Shown here piece by piece: positions 27,114-37,390 of a DNA stretch of 64,000 bases. The stretch is taken from NCBI GenBank assembly GCA_050250895.1, contig JBFWNU010000002.1, forward strand, positions 759,659-823,658, given 5' to 3'. Numbering within the stretch: position 1 is the stretch's first letter; each line of letters opens with the position of its first letter. Both the position numbers and the translations under genes were made by a program. The notes beneath the pieces were generated by a model, which was not told where the DNA came from, ran no database searches, and saw only the letters and a list, made by a program, of their open reading frames with translations. This DNA comes from Vulcanimicrobiota bacterium. GTDB taxonomy: Bacteria; Vulcanimicrobiota; Xenobia; Xenobiales; JADMJV01.

Positions 27114-28247
27114 ATGCGCTGGTTGTTGGCGGTCTTGCTCGTGAGCCTGGTGGGGTGCGTCACCAACGACCCGTGGCCCGAAGCCGAGGCGGCCAAGAAG
27201 CGGGCCGAGCAGCGACTCGACGCCTGCCGGCTCGAGCCAGCCTCGGCCGACGCCTATCCGCTGTTGGCTCCGGTCTTTTCGCCCACCAAGCAGGCGGCCT
27301 ATCTCGACCTGGGGCAGGGCTACTCGGTAGCCAAACAAGCCTTCGTGGTCGAGAACGCCGAAGTCCAGCGCTCGGCGGCGACCTTCGATAGGGTCTTGCC
27401 CGGACAGGCGTTGGCTCGTCATCACATCGACTGGCCCGGTGAGCCCGAGGGCGAGACTTTGTATGGCCTCGGCTCTAGCCTGGTGGCCCGGGGGGCGCTC
27501 CACCAGGAGAGGGGCCGTCTGTTGCCGGCTCTGGATTGTTACCTCAGGTGCGCCGAGCTGGGCCGCCTGATGGTCGTGAATGCCGACTGGGAGTTGTGGC
27601 TCCAGGCCTCGAGAACGTCGCGCCTGGGGTTGGCGGCCGCCGAGCGGCTGCTGGCCCAGCAGAAGCTTCCTCCCACCTCGTACCGGCGCATCCTCGAGCG
27701 CCTCGAGCCGCTGCTGGCGGCCGAGCACGATCTCGAGCGTCTGGCCGAACTCGAGCTGGTGCGCCAGCAGCAGCACGTCGAGTGGCTCAAGGCCGGCCAG
27801 CATCCCGAGTTGCCCGAACTCGACGCGGCTTTGCAGATGCGGGTCGAGCACGAGGTGCGCACCTTCGGCCAGGCGGTGATGGAATGGTATCCTCATCTGG
27901 GCCAGCTTACCCTGCCCGAGAACGCGCGCCGCCTCGATAATCAGGTGCGCTATGGGGGCCGCATTTGCGGGATCACGGGCTTCGAGATCCCGGTTTTCAG
28001 CCAGGCTATCGAAGCCCATCGAGAGCATCTCTATCTGCTGGGGGCGGTGCGTCTGCGGGCCGCTCTGGAGCTGGCTCGGGTCAAGACCGGACGCTATCCC
28101 GACGAGCCCAAGGAGCTGGTCGCAGCCGGTTATCTCGAGGCCGTGCCGGAAGGGTTCTCCTACACCAACCGCGGCGCCAGCTACAACCTCACCTGGCCGA
28201 ATCCCAGTGAGGCTCGACCCGTCCCCCCATCACCAGCAGCCCCATGA
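27114..28247 (+). CDS. Hypothetical lipoprotein with a GspG/pilin-like C-terminal motif
   Basis: Lipobox LVGC after MRWLLAVLLVS; C-terminal RAALELARVKTGRYPDEPKELVAAGYLEAVP. Confidence 0.65.
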   Translation: MRWLLAVLLVSLVGCVTNDPWPEAEAAKKRAEQRLDACRLEPASADAYPLLAPVFSPTKQAAYLDLGQGYSVAKQAFVVENAEVQRSAATFDRVLPGQALARHHIDWPGEPEGETLYGLGSSLVARGALHQERGRLLPALDCYLRCAELGRLMVVNADWELWLQASRTSRLGLAAAERLLAQQKLPPTSYRRILERLEPLLAAEHDLERLAELELVRQQQHVEWLKAGQHPELPELDAALQMRVEHEVRTFGQAVMEWYPHLGQLTLPENARRLDNQVRYGGRICGITGFEIPVFSQAIEAHREHLYLLGAVRLRAALELARVKTGRYPDEPKELVAAGYLEAVPEGFSYTNRGASYNLTWPNPSEARPVPPSPAAP

Positions 28248-28854
28248 CCGCAAAGCCGGCGATGAAGCCGCCGATATGCGCGGCATAGGCCACGTTGGCG
28301 GTCAGGTCGCTATCCATCTGGTCGAGCAACTGAAAGACGAACCAACCGCCCAGGGCTACGAAGGCCCACAGCTGGAACTTGAACGGCTTGACGAAAAACA
28401 GCAAGCCGGCGAAAGTGATCTTGGTCTTGGGATAGATCAAGAGATAGGCTCCCAGCACCGCCGAGATGGCTCCCGAGGCTCCGATCATCGGGGCCAGCTT
28501 GTCGGCCGTGGCCAACCCGTGGATCAAGGCCGCCATCAGGCCTCCGGCCAGATAGAACAGGGCATAGCCGACATGGCCGAGGGCGTCCTCGACGTTATCG
28601 CCGTAGATCCATAAAAACAACATGTTGCCGATGAGATGGCCCGCTCCGGCATGCAAGAACATGGCCGCGAAGGCGTCCAGCAGCGAGGGAAGGGCCGGCA
28701 CCAGGCCGTACTCGGCCACCACGACGCCATAATCATCGCGAAAACCATAGGCTACAAAGATGGCCACGTTGAGGGCGATCAGAGCGTGATTGACCCAGGG
28801 GCGAAGCTCGGTGGGGTTGTCGTCGCCGATGGGAATCGGGCCGAGGATGGGCAT
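28189..28854 (-). CDS. Rhomboid intramembrane serine protease
   Basis: MFLHAGAGHLIGNMLFLWIYGDNVED, IGASGAIS, AHIGGF. Confidence 0.93.
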   Translation of the reverse strand: MPILGPIPIGDDNPTELRPWVNHALIALNVAIFVAYGFRDDYGVVVAEYGLVPALPSLLDAFAAMFLHAGAGHLIGNMLFLWIYGDNVEDALGHVGYALFYLAGGLMAALIHGLATADKLAPMIGASGAISAVLGAYLLIYPKTKITFAGLLFFVKPFKFQLWAFVALGGWFVFQLLDQMDSDLTANVAYAAHIGGFIAGFAVMGLLVMGGRVEPHWDSAR

Positions 28855-28972
28855 GGGGCCATGTTCGGTCTAGCTCTTGGGAATACCCTGGGGACATCCC
28901 AGCGGAGGGGTGCCGGACCATTTATGGTGGGCGTTCGAGTGTTTCGCCGGACGGTGTCGAAGAGAATCAGTC

Positions 28973-29815
28973 GTGACTTCCACCGAGAAGACTTTAGAAC
29001 AGGCCGCCGAGCGTTCTGCCCCCAAGGTGCTCGAGATTCACGAGGCTATCCGCATCGAAGGAGAGCACGAGCTTTCGCGACCACCTATGGCCCTGGCCCT
29101 GTCGGGTCTGGCGGCCGGTCTATCGATGGGATTCTCGCTGTTGACCGAGGCCCTCTTGACCCATCACCTGCCCGAGGCCGAGTGGACGCCGCTCCTGGCC
29201 AAGTTCGGCTATTGCGTGGGCTTTCTGATCGTCATTCTGGGGCGCCAGCAGCTTTTCACCGAGAACACGCTGACGCCCATCCTGGCGTTGTTTAGCGAGC
29301 CTGAGCCACCCATGTTCGTGCGTTTGTTCAGGCTGTGGGCAGTGGTGCTGGTGGCCAATCTCATCGGGGCTGCGCTTTTTGCGGCCTGCGTGGCCGGCAC
29401 CAACCTGCTCGAGCAGCCGGTCCACGAGGTCCTGCACACGATCGGCATGGCCGCCCTCGAGCCCGATTCGCTGACGATCTTCTTGCGCGCCATTTTCGCC
29501 GGCTGGCTCATCGCCCTGATGGTATGGCTTTTGCCGTTCGCCGAGACGGCCCGCATCTGGGTTATTATCCTGGTGACCTACGTGATCGGGCTGGGGCATT
29601 TCGCCCATATCATCGCGGGCTCGGTGGATGTCTTCTATCTGGTTTTCTCTTCGGCTGCCGGTCTGGGGCATGTGCTGAGTCACTACATGCTACCCACCTT
29701 GCTGGGCAACACCCTGGGCGGAGTGAGCCTGGTGGCCATTCTACACCACGCCCAGTTGCGAGCCGACCACGGCGAAGAAGGGCCTCCCCAAAACGAGACT
29801 CCGCAGTCCAGTTAA
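28973..29815 (+). CDS. Formate/nitrite transporter family protein (YfdC-like)
   Basis: GLAAGLSMGFS, QQLFTENTLT, HIIAGS, TLLGNTLGG; GTG start chosen. Confidence 0.88.
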   Translation: MTSTEKTLEQAAERSAPKVLEIHEAIRIEGEHELSRPPMALALSGLAAGLSMGFSLLTEALLTHHLPEAEWTPLLAKFGYCVGFLIVILGRQQLFTENTLTPILALFSEPEPPMFVRLFRLWAVVLVANLIGAALFAACVAGTNLLEQPVHEVLHTIGMAALEPDSLTIFLRAIFAGWLIALMVWLLPFAETARIWVIILVTYVIGLGHFAHIIAGSVDVFYLVFSSAAGLGHVLSHYMLPTLLGNTLGGVSLVAILHHAQLRADHGEEGPPQNETPQSS

Positions 29816-29837
29816 CATCTGGTTCACCATCGAACAG

Positions 29838-31445
29838 GTGTCCCTCACTATGCTGGCCAGACCAATGCATATCACAACTTCTCGTTGCGAACAATTTCGC
29901 TCTATCGACGGCCGCGGCAACAACTTGCAGAACCCCGATTGGGGCAAGGCTGGCGAGGCTTTCCCTCGCCGTCTGCCGGTGGATTATGCCGACCTGACCG
30001 GGGCTCCCTCGGGAGCCGACCGACCCAATCCGCGGGTGATCAGTAACAACGTCATGGCCGACCCGTCGCGCAACCGCGAACCGGCCATGCGTTCGGGCAT
30101 GGTCTGGGCATGGGGCCAGTTCATCGACCACGATATCACTTCCACTCCTAACTCAGGAGCCATGGACTGGAACATCTCGGTCCCCGTCGGTGACCCGGCC
30201 TTTGATCCCAAGCGCGAAGGCAAGGCCATCATTCCCTTTTCGCGTTCGACGGCTGCTGACGGCACCGGCACCGGACCCGACAACCCCCGCCAGCAGATCA
30301 ACGCCATCACCTCGTGGCTCGACGGCTCGATGGTCTACGGCTCGGACGCGGTGCGGGCAGCCGCCCTGCGCAGCTTCGAAGAGGGCAAGTTGCGGGTGGC
30401 CGAGAGCGAGCACGGCCCGATGCTGCCGGCGAACACGCTCGGCCTGCCCAACGACAACCCCACGCGCCGGCCCACCGAGAGCCTGTTGCTGGCCGGTGAC
30501 ACGCGCGCTAACGAAAACCTGGCTTTGGTGAGTCTGCAGACGCTGTTCGTGCGTGAGCATAATCGGGTCGCCGATGAACTGGCTCGCCAGCATCCCGAAT
30601 GGGATGACCAGGAGCTCTATCTGCGGGCCCGCCGTCAGGTGGGCGCCGAGATAGCGGCCATCACCTACAACGAGTTTCTGCCCGCCCTGCTAGGCCCCGA
30701 TGCTCTGCCCGCCTACGCCGGCTACCAACCCGAGGTCGACGGTCGCATCGGCAACGAGTTCGCCACCGCGGCCTACCGTATGGGTCACTCTCAGATCGAC
30801 CCCATCGTCTGGCGCGAAGCCGCTGACGGCGGAGCCATTCCCGAGAAGGACCTGCCGCTGGTGGCCACCTACTTCGCGCCCGAGCGCCTCTCGGAGGGCG
30901 GCATCGAGCCGTTGCTGCGCGGACTGACCCGGTTCATCCAGGAGCCCACCGACGAGAAGATCACCTCTCAGGTGCGCAACATGCTCTTCGGTCGCCCCGG
31001 CCACGGCGGCATGGACCTGGCCGCCCTCAACATCCAGCGCGGACGCGACCACGGCTTGCCCAACTACAACGCTATCCGCCAGGCCTATGGCTTCGAACCG
31101 ATTACCAGCTTCGCCCAGCTAACCAGCGACCCGGTCAAGGTCGGCAAACTCACCTATACCTACGGTGAGGTCGAAAAGCTCGACGCCTGGGTCGGCTTGC
31201 TGGCCGAGGACCCGGCCCCAGAAGCGGCCGTGGGGCCGACTCTCAAGTCGATTCTGGTCGACCAGTTCACCCGTCTGCGCGACGGCGACCGCTTCTGGTA
31301 TCAGAACGACCCTGGCCTGGCCGACCAGCGCGAGCAACTCGACAGCCTGAGCCTGGCCGATGTCATTCGTCGCAATACCGACATCGGCGACGATATCGAC
31401 GACAGCCCCTTCTTCGGGGAGAAGTTCATCCGCAGCAAGCCCTAG
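29838..31445 (+). CDS. Animal-type heme peroxidase (peroxidase-cyclooxygenase superfamily)
   Basis: RSIDGRGNN, WGQFIDHD, GDTRANEN, REHNR, YRMGHS, NIQRGRDHGL, RDGDRFWY. Confidence 0.93.
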   Translation: MSLTMLARPMHITTSRCEQFRSIDGRGNNLQNPDWGKAGEAFPRRLPVDYADLTGAPSGADRPNPRVISNNVMADPSRNREPAMRSGMVWAWGQFIDHDITSTPNSGAMDWNISVPVGDPAFDPKREGKAIIPFSRSTAADGTGTGPDNPRQQINAITSWLDGSMVYGSDAVRAAALRSFEEGKLRVAESEHGPMLPANTLGLPNDNPTRRPTESLLLAGDTRANENLALVSLQTLFVREHNRVADELARQHPEWDDQELYLRARRQVGAEIAAITYNEFLPALLGPDALPAYAGYQPEVDGRIGNEFATAAYRMGHSQIDPIVWREAADGGAIPEKDLPLVATYFAPERLSEGGIEPLLRGLTRFIQEPTDEKITSQVRNMLFGRPGHGGMDLAALNIQRGRDHGLPNYNAIRQAYGFEPITSFAQLTSDPVKVGKLTYTYGEVEKLDAWVGLLAEDPAPEAAVGPTLKSILVDQFTRLRDGDRFWYQNDPGLADQREQLDSLSLADVIRRNTDIGDDIDDSPFFGEKFIRSKP

Positions 31446-32905
31446 CGGAACACCTTGTCCAGCGGTAGGATGTCGATCTCGTCGGCTTTGATGGGAAAAG
31501 TCGCGATCACTTTGTCTTCTTGCATGATGTCGTCGAGTTTGGGCGAGTTGTAAGTGATGGGCGAGGGGGTCTCCTGGCGAACAGCCTGGGCGAACTCCTC
31601 GGCTTTGTCGGTAATGACCACGATTTCAAGGTCTTTGGCCTGGAGGTTCTCGCGGATCACCCGGTTGACATCCTCCACCGTCAGCTTTTCGAGGTCGCTC
31701 TTGACCCGGTCCACGAAAGGCGCGGTGCCGTAGTATTTGTCGTCGAGGGCATAGCCCAGGCGCCGGTCATCGGTTTGCACCAGCAGGGCCACGTTCTTGC
31801 TCAAGAATTCTCGGGTGGCCTCGAACTCCGGTTTGGTCAGCCCTTCGTTGACCAGCTTTTCGAGTTCGTACAGGGTGGCCCGGAGGGTGAACAGACCGTT
31901 CTGGGGCTCGACCGGCCGGATCCAGATCTGGAAGATCTGCTGCTGGCGCGGATAGTTGGGGTCAGGCTGGCTCAAGAACATGCCGCGGGGGAAATACTCG
32001 ATGTAGGCGTAGTCGCCATAGTTGAGCCCGCGGATTTCGCGCAGCCGCTGATACAGATAGCTGTTGCTCGAGCGATGTTCGCCAAAATAGGAGCGCACCA
32101 GCCAGAGGGCCGTCCAGTCTTTGTGGCTGCGATTGACCTGGATGGGAAATCCCAGCGAGAAGGCGGTCGAGCGGGTCGATTTCTTGACGATGGTCAGATC
32201 CCGGCCGGAGAGCGGCTTCGGCTGTGGGAGTTGGCGCGAGGGAACGGGTCCGTCGGGTAGTTTGGAAAACCCGAGGTAGAATTCTTTGGAGAAGCCCGGA
32301 CGGTAGCCGCCGGCCAGTCCGATGGTCAGGGCGCCCCGGGTGTAGTGGGTTCGATAGAACTGGCGCACCTGATCCAGGGTGATTTTCTCCAGGCTGTCGA
32401 GGGCTCCGGCGTTGTGATGGCCGTAGGGGTGGCCGGCGTAAATCTGGTTGTAGAGGACTTCCTTGCCCAATTCCTCGTCGTTGCTGGCTCGCAGGTCCTC
32501 TTTGAGAAAGTTGATGAGCTGGGCTTTGACCCGCTCGAAATCGTCGGGGCGAAAGCCCGGGTCGCAGATCATCGAGGTCATCAGTTCGGAGTAGCCGTCG
32601 AGGTTGTCGCCATGGGTCACTCCCGAAAAGACAGTGACTTCCTTGCCTATCTGAGCGTCGACCTCGGCGGCCCAGGGATAAAGACGATCGAGGATCTGGG
32701 GATAGGTCAACTCGCGACTTCCTCCCTGGCTCAGCATGGCCGCGGTCAGGGCGGCCACGCCCTCCTGACCTTTGGGGTCGTCGGCCGAACCCACCTTGAA
32801 CATCAGACGAATCGAGACCAACGGGCTCTGGTCAGGCAGCACCAGCATCTCTTGCGTCAGGCCGGGGAGGCTGAGCAGCCACAATAGCAACAATAGCTTT
32901 TTCAC
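31442..32905 (-). CDS. M16B peptidase, non-catalytic subunit, with signal peptide
   Basis: GSADDPKGQEGVAALTAAML (HxxEH absent), LYQRLREIRGLNY. Confidence 0.88.
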   Translation of the reverse strand: MKKLLLLLWLLSLPGLTQEMLVLPDQSPLVSIRLMFKVGSADDPKGQEGVAALTAAMLSQGGSRELTYPQILDRLYPWAAEVDAQIGKEVTVFSGVTHGDNLDGYSELMTSMICDPGFRPDDFERVKAQLINFLKEDLRASNDEELGKEVLYNQIYAGHPYGHHNAGALDSLEKITLDQVRQFYRTHYTRGALTIGLAGGYRPGFSKEFYLGFSKLPDGPVPSRQLPQPKPLSGRDLTIVKKSTRSTAFSLGFPIQVNRSHKDWTALWLVRSYFGEHRSSNSYLYQRLREIRGLNYGDYAYIEYFPRGMFLSQPDPNYPRQQQIFQIWIRPVEPQNGLFTLRATLYELEKLVNEGLTKPEFEATREFLSKNVALLVQTDDRRLGYALDDKYYGTAPFVDRVKSDLEKLTVEDVNRVIRENLQAKDLEIVVITDKAEEFAQAVRQETPSPITYNSPKLDDIMQEDKVIATFPIKADEIDILPLDKVFR

Positions 32906-34224
32906 GAGTTCTTCTCCTTGAGGGTCACGATGGTCCGCTGGTCGGGAACGAAGTGCTGCGAGGCGACCTCTTGCAGGTCTTGCAGGGTCAGGTCCTCGAT
33001 GGCCTGGTAGTAGCGGTTGATGAGCTGGGGATCGGGTTCGAGGCTCACGAACCAGGCCAGACTGCTGGCGATGGCCTGGGGGCTATCGAGACTGAGCGCG
33101 TATTCGTATTTGAGCCGCGATTTGACGGCTTCCAGGCGCTCCGGGCTGACTGCGAGCTTGGGCAGCCCTTCAAAGGCTTCGAGAACCTGGCGCCGCACTT
33201 CGTCATATTTGGCGGGGTCCTTGACGCGAACGGCCATGCCGACCAGAAATGGGTCGCGCTTGTGCCAGAAAAAGGGCTCGAACTTGTCCACCGACTGGTC
33301 TTCGAGCATCAGCTTTTGATATAGCCCTGAGTTCTCGGAGAAGGCCAGGGCCTCGATCACCTGCATGGCGGCGGTTTGGCGCAGGTCGGAAAAGGGGGCC
33401 GATTTGTAGCCCACCATCAGCCAGGGCAAGGTGGGAGAGCCCCACTCGATGTGCGTCTGGCGGGGTCCCACCTGACCGGGTTCGGCGGGAATCTCGGGAG
33501 CGTAGTCGCCAGCTTTCCAGGGGCCGAAGTACTTCTCGACCAGAGCCAGGGTGGGCTTGACCTCGAGGTCGCCGACCAGCACCAGCACGGCATATTCCGG
33601 ACGATAGTAGCGGTTGAAGAAGGTCTGACTGTAGTCATAAAGGTTGGGATAGTTCTGGATGTCTTCCAGAAAGCCCATGGTGGTGTGCTCATAGGTATGG
33701 TGGTCATAGGCGGTGGCTTGCAGCACTTCGAACATCTTCTCGGTTGGGTTCGAGCTGTTCTTGTTGTACTCGCCCAGCACGGCCAGCGACTCGGTCTTGA
33801 AATCCTCTAGCGAGAACTTCAGGTTCTGGAAGCGGTCGGCTTCATAGTCGAGGATCTGCTCGAGGTCGCCTTTGGTGAACACCTTGTGGTAGGTGGTCTG
33901 GTCGTCCCAGGTCCAGGCGTTGCCGGCCACTCCGGCGCGCTTTAGCATATCCTGCGCTTTCTCGGGCGGAAAGCGCGGCGTGCCCCGAAACATCAGGTGC
34001 TCGAAGAAGTGGGCAAAGCCCGAGCGCCCCGGTTCGACCTCGTTGCGCGAGCCCACCCGCATCACCATCTGCAGAGCCACCGTGTCGGGCGTCTCGCGCG
34101 GCAGGATGATGACGGTCAGCCCGTTGTCGAGCTTGGTCTCGGTGTAGTCGAAGGGAAAGACTTCGGCCTGCACGGGCAGGCAGAGCCAGAGGGACAGGCA
34201 GAGGGCGGCTGCAAACTTCTTCAT
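32902..34224 (-). CDS. M16B zinc peptidase, catalytic subunit, with signal peptide
   Basis: VGSRNEVEPGRSGFAHFFEHLMFRGT; ATG at 34224; GTGA coupling to its partner. Confidence 0.92.
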   Translation of the reverse strand: MKKFAAALCLSLWLCLPVQAEVFPFDYTETKLDNGLTVIILPRETPDTVALQMVMRVGSRNEVEPGRSGFAHFFEHLMFRGTPRFPPEKAQDMLKRAGVAGNAWTWDDQTTYHKVFTKGDLEQILDYEADRFQNLKFSLEDFKTESLAVLGEYNKNSSNPTEKMFEVLQATAYDHHTYEHTTMGFLEDIQNYPNLYDYSQTFFNRYYRPEYAVLVLVGDLEVKPTLALVEKYFGPWKAGDYAPEIPAEPGQVGPRQTHIEWGSPTLPWLMVGYKSAPFSDLRQTAAMQVIEALAFSENSGLYQKLMLEDQSVDKFEPFFWHKRDPFLVGMAVRVKDPAKYDEVRRQVLEAFEGLPKLAVSPERLEAVKSRLKYEYALSLDSPQAIASSLAWFVSLEPDPQLINRYYQAIEDLTLQDLQEVASQHFVPDQRTIVTLKEKNS

Positions 34225-34259
34225 GGTTCGGCCGTTTGCGGCCGGTCGGGCCAGCTCCT

Positions 34260-35093
34260 TCAGGTGTCGGCCAGACGCTGGCGGCCGGTGTAGAGATTGA
34301 AGCCGCTCGCTTTGGTGAAACCGATGAGGGTAACCTGAAAGCGGTCGGCCAATTCGACCGCCAGGGTCGACGGGGCACCCAGGGCCACCACTGTAGCAAA
34401 GCCCGCCATCACGGCCTTTTGCAACAGCTCGAAGCTGGCCCGCCCACTGAGCAACAAGACCCGGTCGTCGGCCGGCAGCCGGCCGTCGAGAAACAGGCGC
34501 CCCACCAGCTTGTCGGTGGCGTTGTGACGGCCGACATCCTCGCGCACCAGGTCGAGTTCCCCATTGGGCAGGCAGGCTGCCGCAGCGTGCAGGCCACCGG
34601 TTCGCTCGAACAGGTCCTGGTGGTGATGGAGCCTGGCCGGCAACGAGCAGACCCAGTCGAAGTCGAGGCGGGTCGGGCCATACGGTAGCCTGGGGCACAC
34701 CGTTTCAAGCTGATCCAGCGACTGCTTGCCACACACACCGCAGCTCGAAGTGGTATAGACGTTACGGCGCAGCCGCTCGGAGTCAAAGGCCACGCCGGCC
34801 CGCAGGTGCAGCCTCACCACGTTGTATTGCTGGTCTTTGCGATCGGTGCAATAGGTCATCGACTCGACCTGTTCGGGCTGGGTAAAGAGGCCTTCGCCGA
34901 AGAGAAAGCCGGCCACCAGCTCGAAGTCGTGGCCGGGAGTGCGCATGGTCACGGCCAGATCGACGGCCGGCAGGCCCGGCAATCCCACCCGAATTTGCAG
35001 GGGTTCCTCGGTGGCCAGCTGATCTTTGAAGGTCTTGCACCCCTCGGCACGATAGCGCCACACCGAGCGCTTGGCGGCGGCGCGACGGCTCAC
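34260..35093 (-). CDS. fdhD: Formate dehydrogenase accessory sulfurtransferase FdhD
   Basis: EEPLQI, MRTPGHDFELVAGFLFGEG, SSCGVCG, TGGLHAA, REDVGRHNATDK; GTG start overlapping the upstream stop. Confidence 0.94.
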   Translation of the reverse strand: MSRRAAAKRSVWRYRAEGCKTFKDQLATEEPLQIRVGLPGLPAVDLAVTMRTPGHDFELVAGFLFGEGLFTQPEQVESMTYCTDRKDQQYNVVRLHLRAGVAFDSERLRRNVYTTSSCGVCGKQSLDQLETVCPRLPYGPTRLDFDWVCSLPARLHHHQDLFERTGGLHAAAACLPNGELDLVREDVGRHNATDKLVGRLFLDGRLPADDRVLLLSGRASFELLQKAVMAGFATVVALGAPSTLAVELADRFQVTLIGFTKASGFNLYTGRQRLADT

Positions 35094-37390
35094 GAACTGG
35101 CTTTCAGGCTGACCACGATGTGCTTGAAGGTGGGAGTGTTCGAGCCTTCGGCCACGGACTCGAGGGCGGTCAGCGCGTTGGCCTCGGGGAAGTAGCAGGC
35201 CAGACAACCGCGCGGAATGGGGTAGGGGACGATAGCGAACCCGCTCAGGCTGCGCTGGGTGCCCTGAAAGTGGCTGGTGATGTCCACCCGCTGACCCTGG
35301 CGAAAGCCCTGCTCGACCAGATCTTGCGGATTGGCCAAGACCACCTTGCGATCACCGTGGATGCCGCGATAGCGGTCGTCGGGTCGATAGATGCTGGTGT
35401 TGAATTGGTCGTGAGCGCGCACGCTCATCAGCAGAAATTGGCTCGGTCCGGTGCTCTCGGAAGGAACGGGATGAACGGTGAAGTGAGCTTTGCCATCGGC
35501 CGTCTCGAAACGCCCTTCGCGGGGCGGATTGACGGGATAGAAGCCGCCCTGGCGGCGGGCCCGGTAGTTGAAGTTGCGCAAGGCGGGCACCACCTGGCCC
35601 AGGTGGTGGCGGATGCGGTCATAGTCTTCGGCCATGGCTTTCCACGGGATTCTCGATTGAGGCAGGGCGGCCTGGGCCAGACCGGCCAGGATGGCCACCT
35701 CGCTCTTGAGCTGGGGCGAAGCTGGCTCGAGGTGACCGCGCGAGGCATGCACCCGTCCCAGCGCGTCTTCGACCGTGATGAACTGCGGGCCCCCGGCCTG
35801 GCGGTCGATTTCGGTGCGGCCCAGCGTCGGCAAGATGAGGGCCTGGCCTGCGGTGACGAGGTGTGAACGGTTGAGCTTGGTCGAGATCTGCACGCTCAGC
35901 TCGCAGCCGGCCAGGGCCTGCGCGGTGCGGACGCTGTCGGGGCTGGCCAGGGCGAAGTTGCCTCCCAGTCCTACGAAGACTTTGACCTGGCCGGCTAGCA
36001 TGGCGTGGATCGCGCTCACCACGTCATAGCCGTGGCCCAACGGAGGCGTGAAGCCGAACTCTTGTCCCAGCGCTTTGAGAAACTCGCCATCGGGACGTTC
36101 CGTGATGCCGGCCCGGCGCACCCCCTGCAAATTGCTGTGACCAGCCAGGGGGCACAGACCGGCTCCCGGCTTGCCGAAGCAGCCCCGCACCAGGAGCAGG
36201 TTGACCATCTGCTGGATGGTGGCCACGGCGTTGGGCTGTTGGGTGACGCCCATGGCCCAGCTGATGATGATACGCCGCGAGCGGGCCACCATCTCGGCGG
36301 CGCGCTCGATGAGGTCGCGGCTCAATCCGCTCGAGCGCAACACGTCACCCCAGGATTGAGACCTCAGGTCGTCGGCGAAGGCGGCGTAGCCGCGGGTGTG
36401 TTGGCGCAGAAACTGGTGGTCGAAGATCGAGTTGGGTCGCTCTTCTTCACGCTCGAGCAGGGCCTTGAGCATGCCCTTGAAGACGGCCAGGTCCCCGTTG
36501 ATGCGAACCGGCAGATGCAGGTCGCACATAGGCGTGCCTTCGCCCATGAGGAGGTTGAAGGCCTTGATGGGATGGACCAGTTGGCGGGGGTTCTTGAAGC
36601 GGACCAGTCCGGCCTCGGGCAGGGGGTTGAGGCTGATGACCCTGGCCCCGTTGGCCCGAGCTTGCTCGAGGGCGTCGAGCATGCGAGGGTGATTGCTGCC
36701 CGGGTTCTGGCCGACGACCACGATGAGATCGGCTCGATAGAAATCCTCCTGGCGAACAGTGGGTCCGTCGTGACCGATCACTTCGCGCAGGGCGCGGACG
36801 CTCGACTCGTGACAAAGGTCCGAGCAATCGGGCAGGTTGTTGGTGCCCAGCGTTCGGGCCAGCAACCCATAGAGAAAGGCTGCTTCGTTGCTGGTGCGAC
36901 CCGAGCTATAGAAGACGGCCTCAGCCGGGGACGCCAGGGTTTGCAGTCGTTGACCAACCAGTCGGAAGGCATCCTCCCACTCGATGGGGCGATAGTGGTC
37001 GGCGCCCGGTTCGAGCACCACCGGCTCGGTCAGCCGGCCCTGGGCGTTGAGCCACTGGTCACTTTGCTGAGCCAGTTGTGCCAGGCTGTGCTGGGCGAAG
37101 AAATCGCCAGCCAGGCGGCGCGTGGTGGCCTCGTCGGCGATGGCTTTGACACCACTTTCGCAGAACTCGACCCGTGAGCGGTGCTCGGGCTCGGGCCAGG
37201 CGCAGCCATGGCAGTCGAAGCCCTCTTCCTGGTTGGCTCTCTTGAGGCAGCCCAAACCGCGCCACCAGCCAGTTTGTTGGCTGACAGCTCGGGCTGCCTC
37301 ACGGACCGAACCAAGCCCTCCGGCCACTCGGGCCGGGGGAGTGGGGGTGAAGTCAGAATTCGAGGTCTGGCTCGGGTCGTCTTGTTTCAT
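35090..37390 (-). CDS. FdhF/YdeP family molybdopterin oxidoreductase
   Basis: GFDCHGCAWP, EFCESGVKA, SGRTSNEAAF, NNLPDCSDLCHE, GQNPGSNHPRML, RAHDQFNT. Confidence 0.92.
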   Translation of the reverse strand: MKQDDPSQTSNSDFTPTPPARVAGGLGSVREAARAVSQQTGWWRGLGCLKRANQEEGFDCHGCAWPEPEHRSRVEFCESGVKAIADEATTRRLAGDFFAQHSLAQLAQQSDQWLNAQGRLTEPVVLEPGADHYRPIEWEDAFRLVGQRLQTLASPAEAVFYSSGRTSNEAAFLYGLLARTLGTNNLPDCSDLCHESSVRALREVIGHDGPTVRQEDFYRADLIVVVGQNPGSNHPRMLDALEQARANGARVISLNPLPEAGLVRFKNPRQLVHPIKAFNLLMGEGTPMCDLHLPVRINGDLAVFKGMLKALLEREEERPNSIFDHQFLRQHTRGYAAFADDLRSQSWGDVLRSSGLSRDLIERAAEMVARSRRIIISWAMGVTQQPNAVATIQQMVNLLLVRGCFGKPGAGLCPLAGHSNLQGVRRAGITERPDGEFLKALGQEFGFTPPLGHGYDVVSAIHAMLAGQVKVFVGLGGNFALASPDSVRTAQALAGCELSVQISTKLNRSHLVTAGQALILPTLGRTEIDRQAGGPQFITVEDALGRVHASRGHLEPASPQLKSEVAILAGLAQAALPQSRIPWKAMAEDYDRIRHHLGQVVPALRNFNYRARRQGGFYPVNPPREGRFETADGKAHFTVHPVPSESTGPSQFLLMSVRAHDQFNTSIYRPDDRYRGIHGDRKVVLANPQDLVEQGFRQGQRVDITSHFQGTQRSLSGFAIVPYPIPRGCLACYFPEANALTALESVAEGSNTPTFKHIVVSLKASS

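Noticed and set aside
31442-34224. M16 pair as PqqF-like processing enzymes for the PqqD-fused peptide
   Set aside because: They lie about 9 kb away behind the fdhD operon, and two-subunit M16B peptidases are widespread, so nothing in the sequence links them
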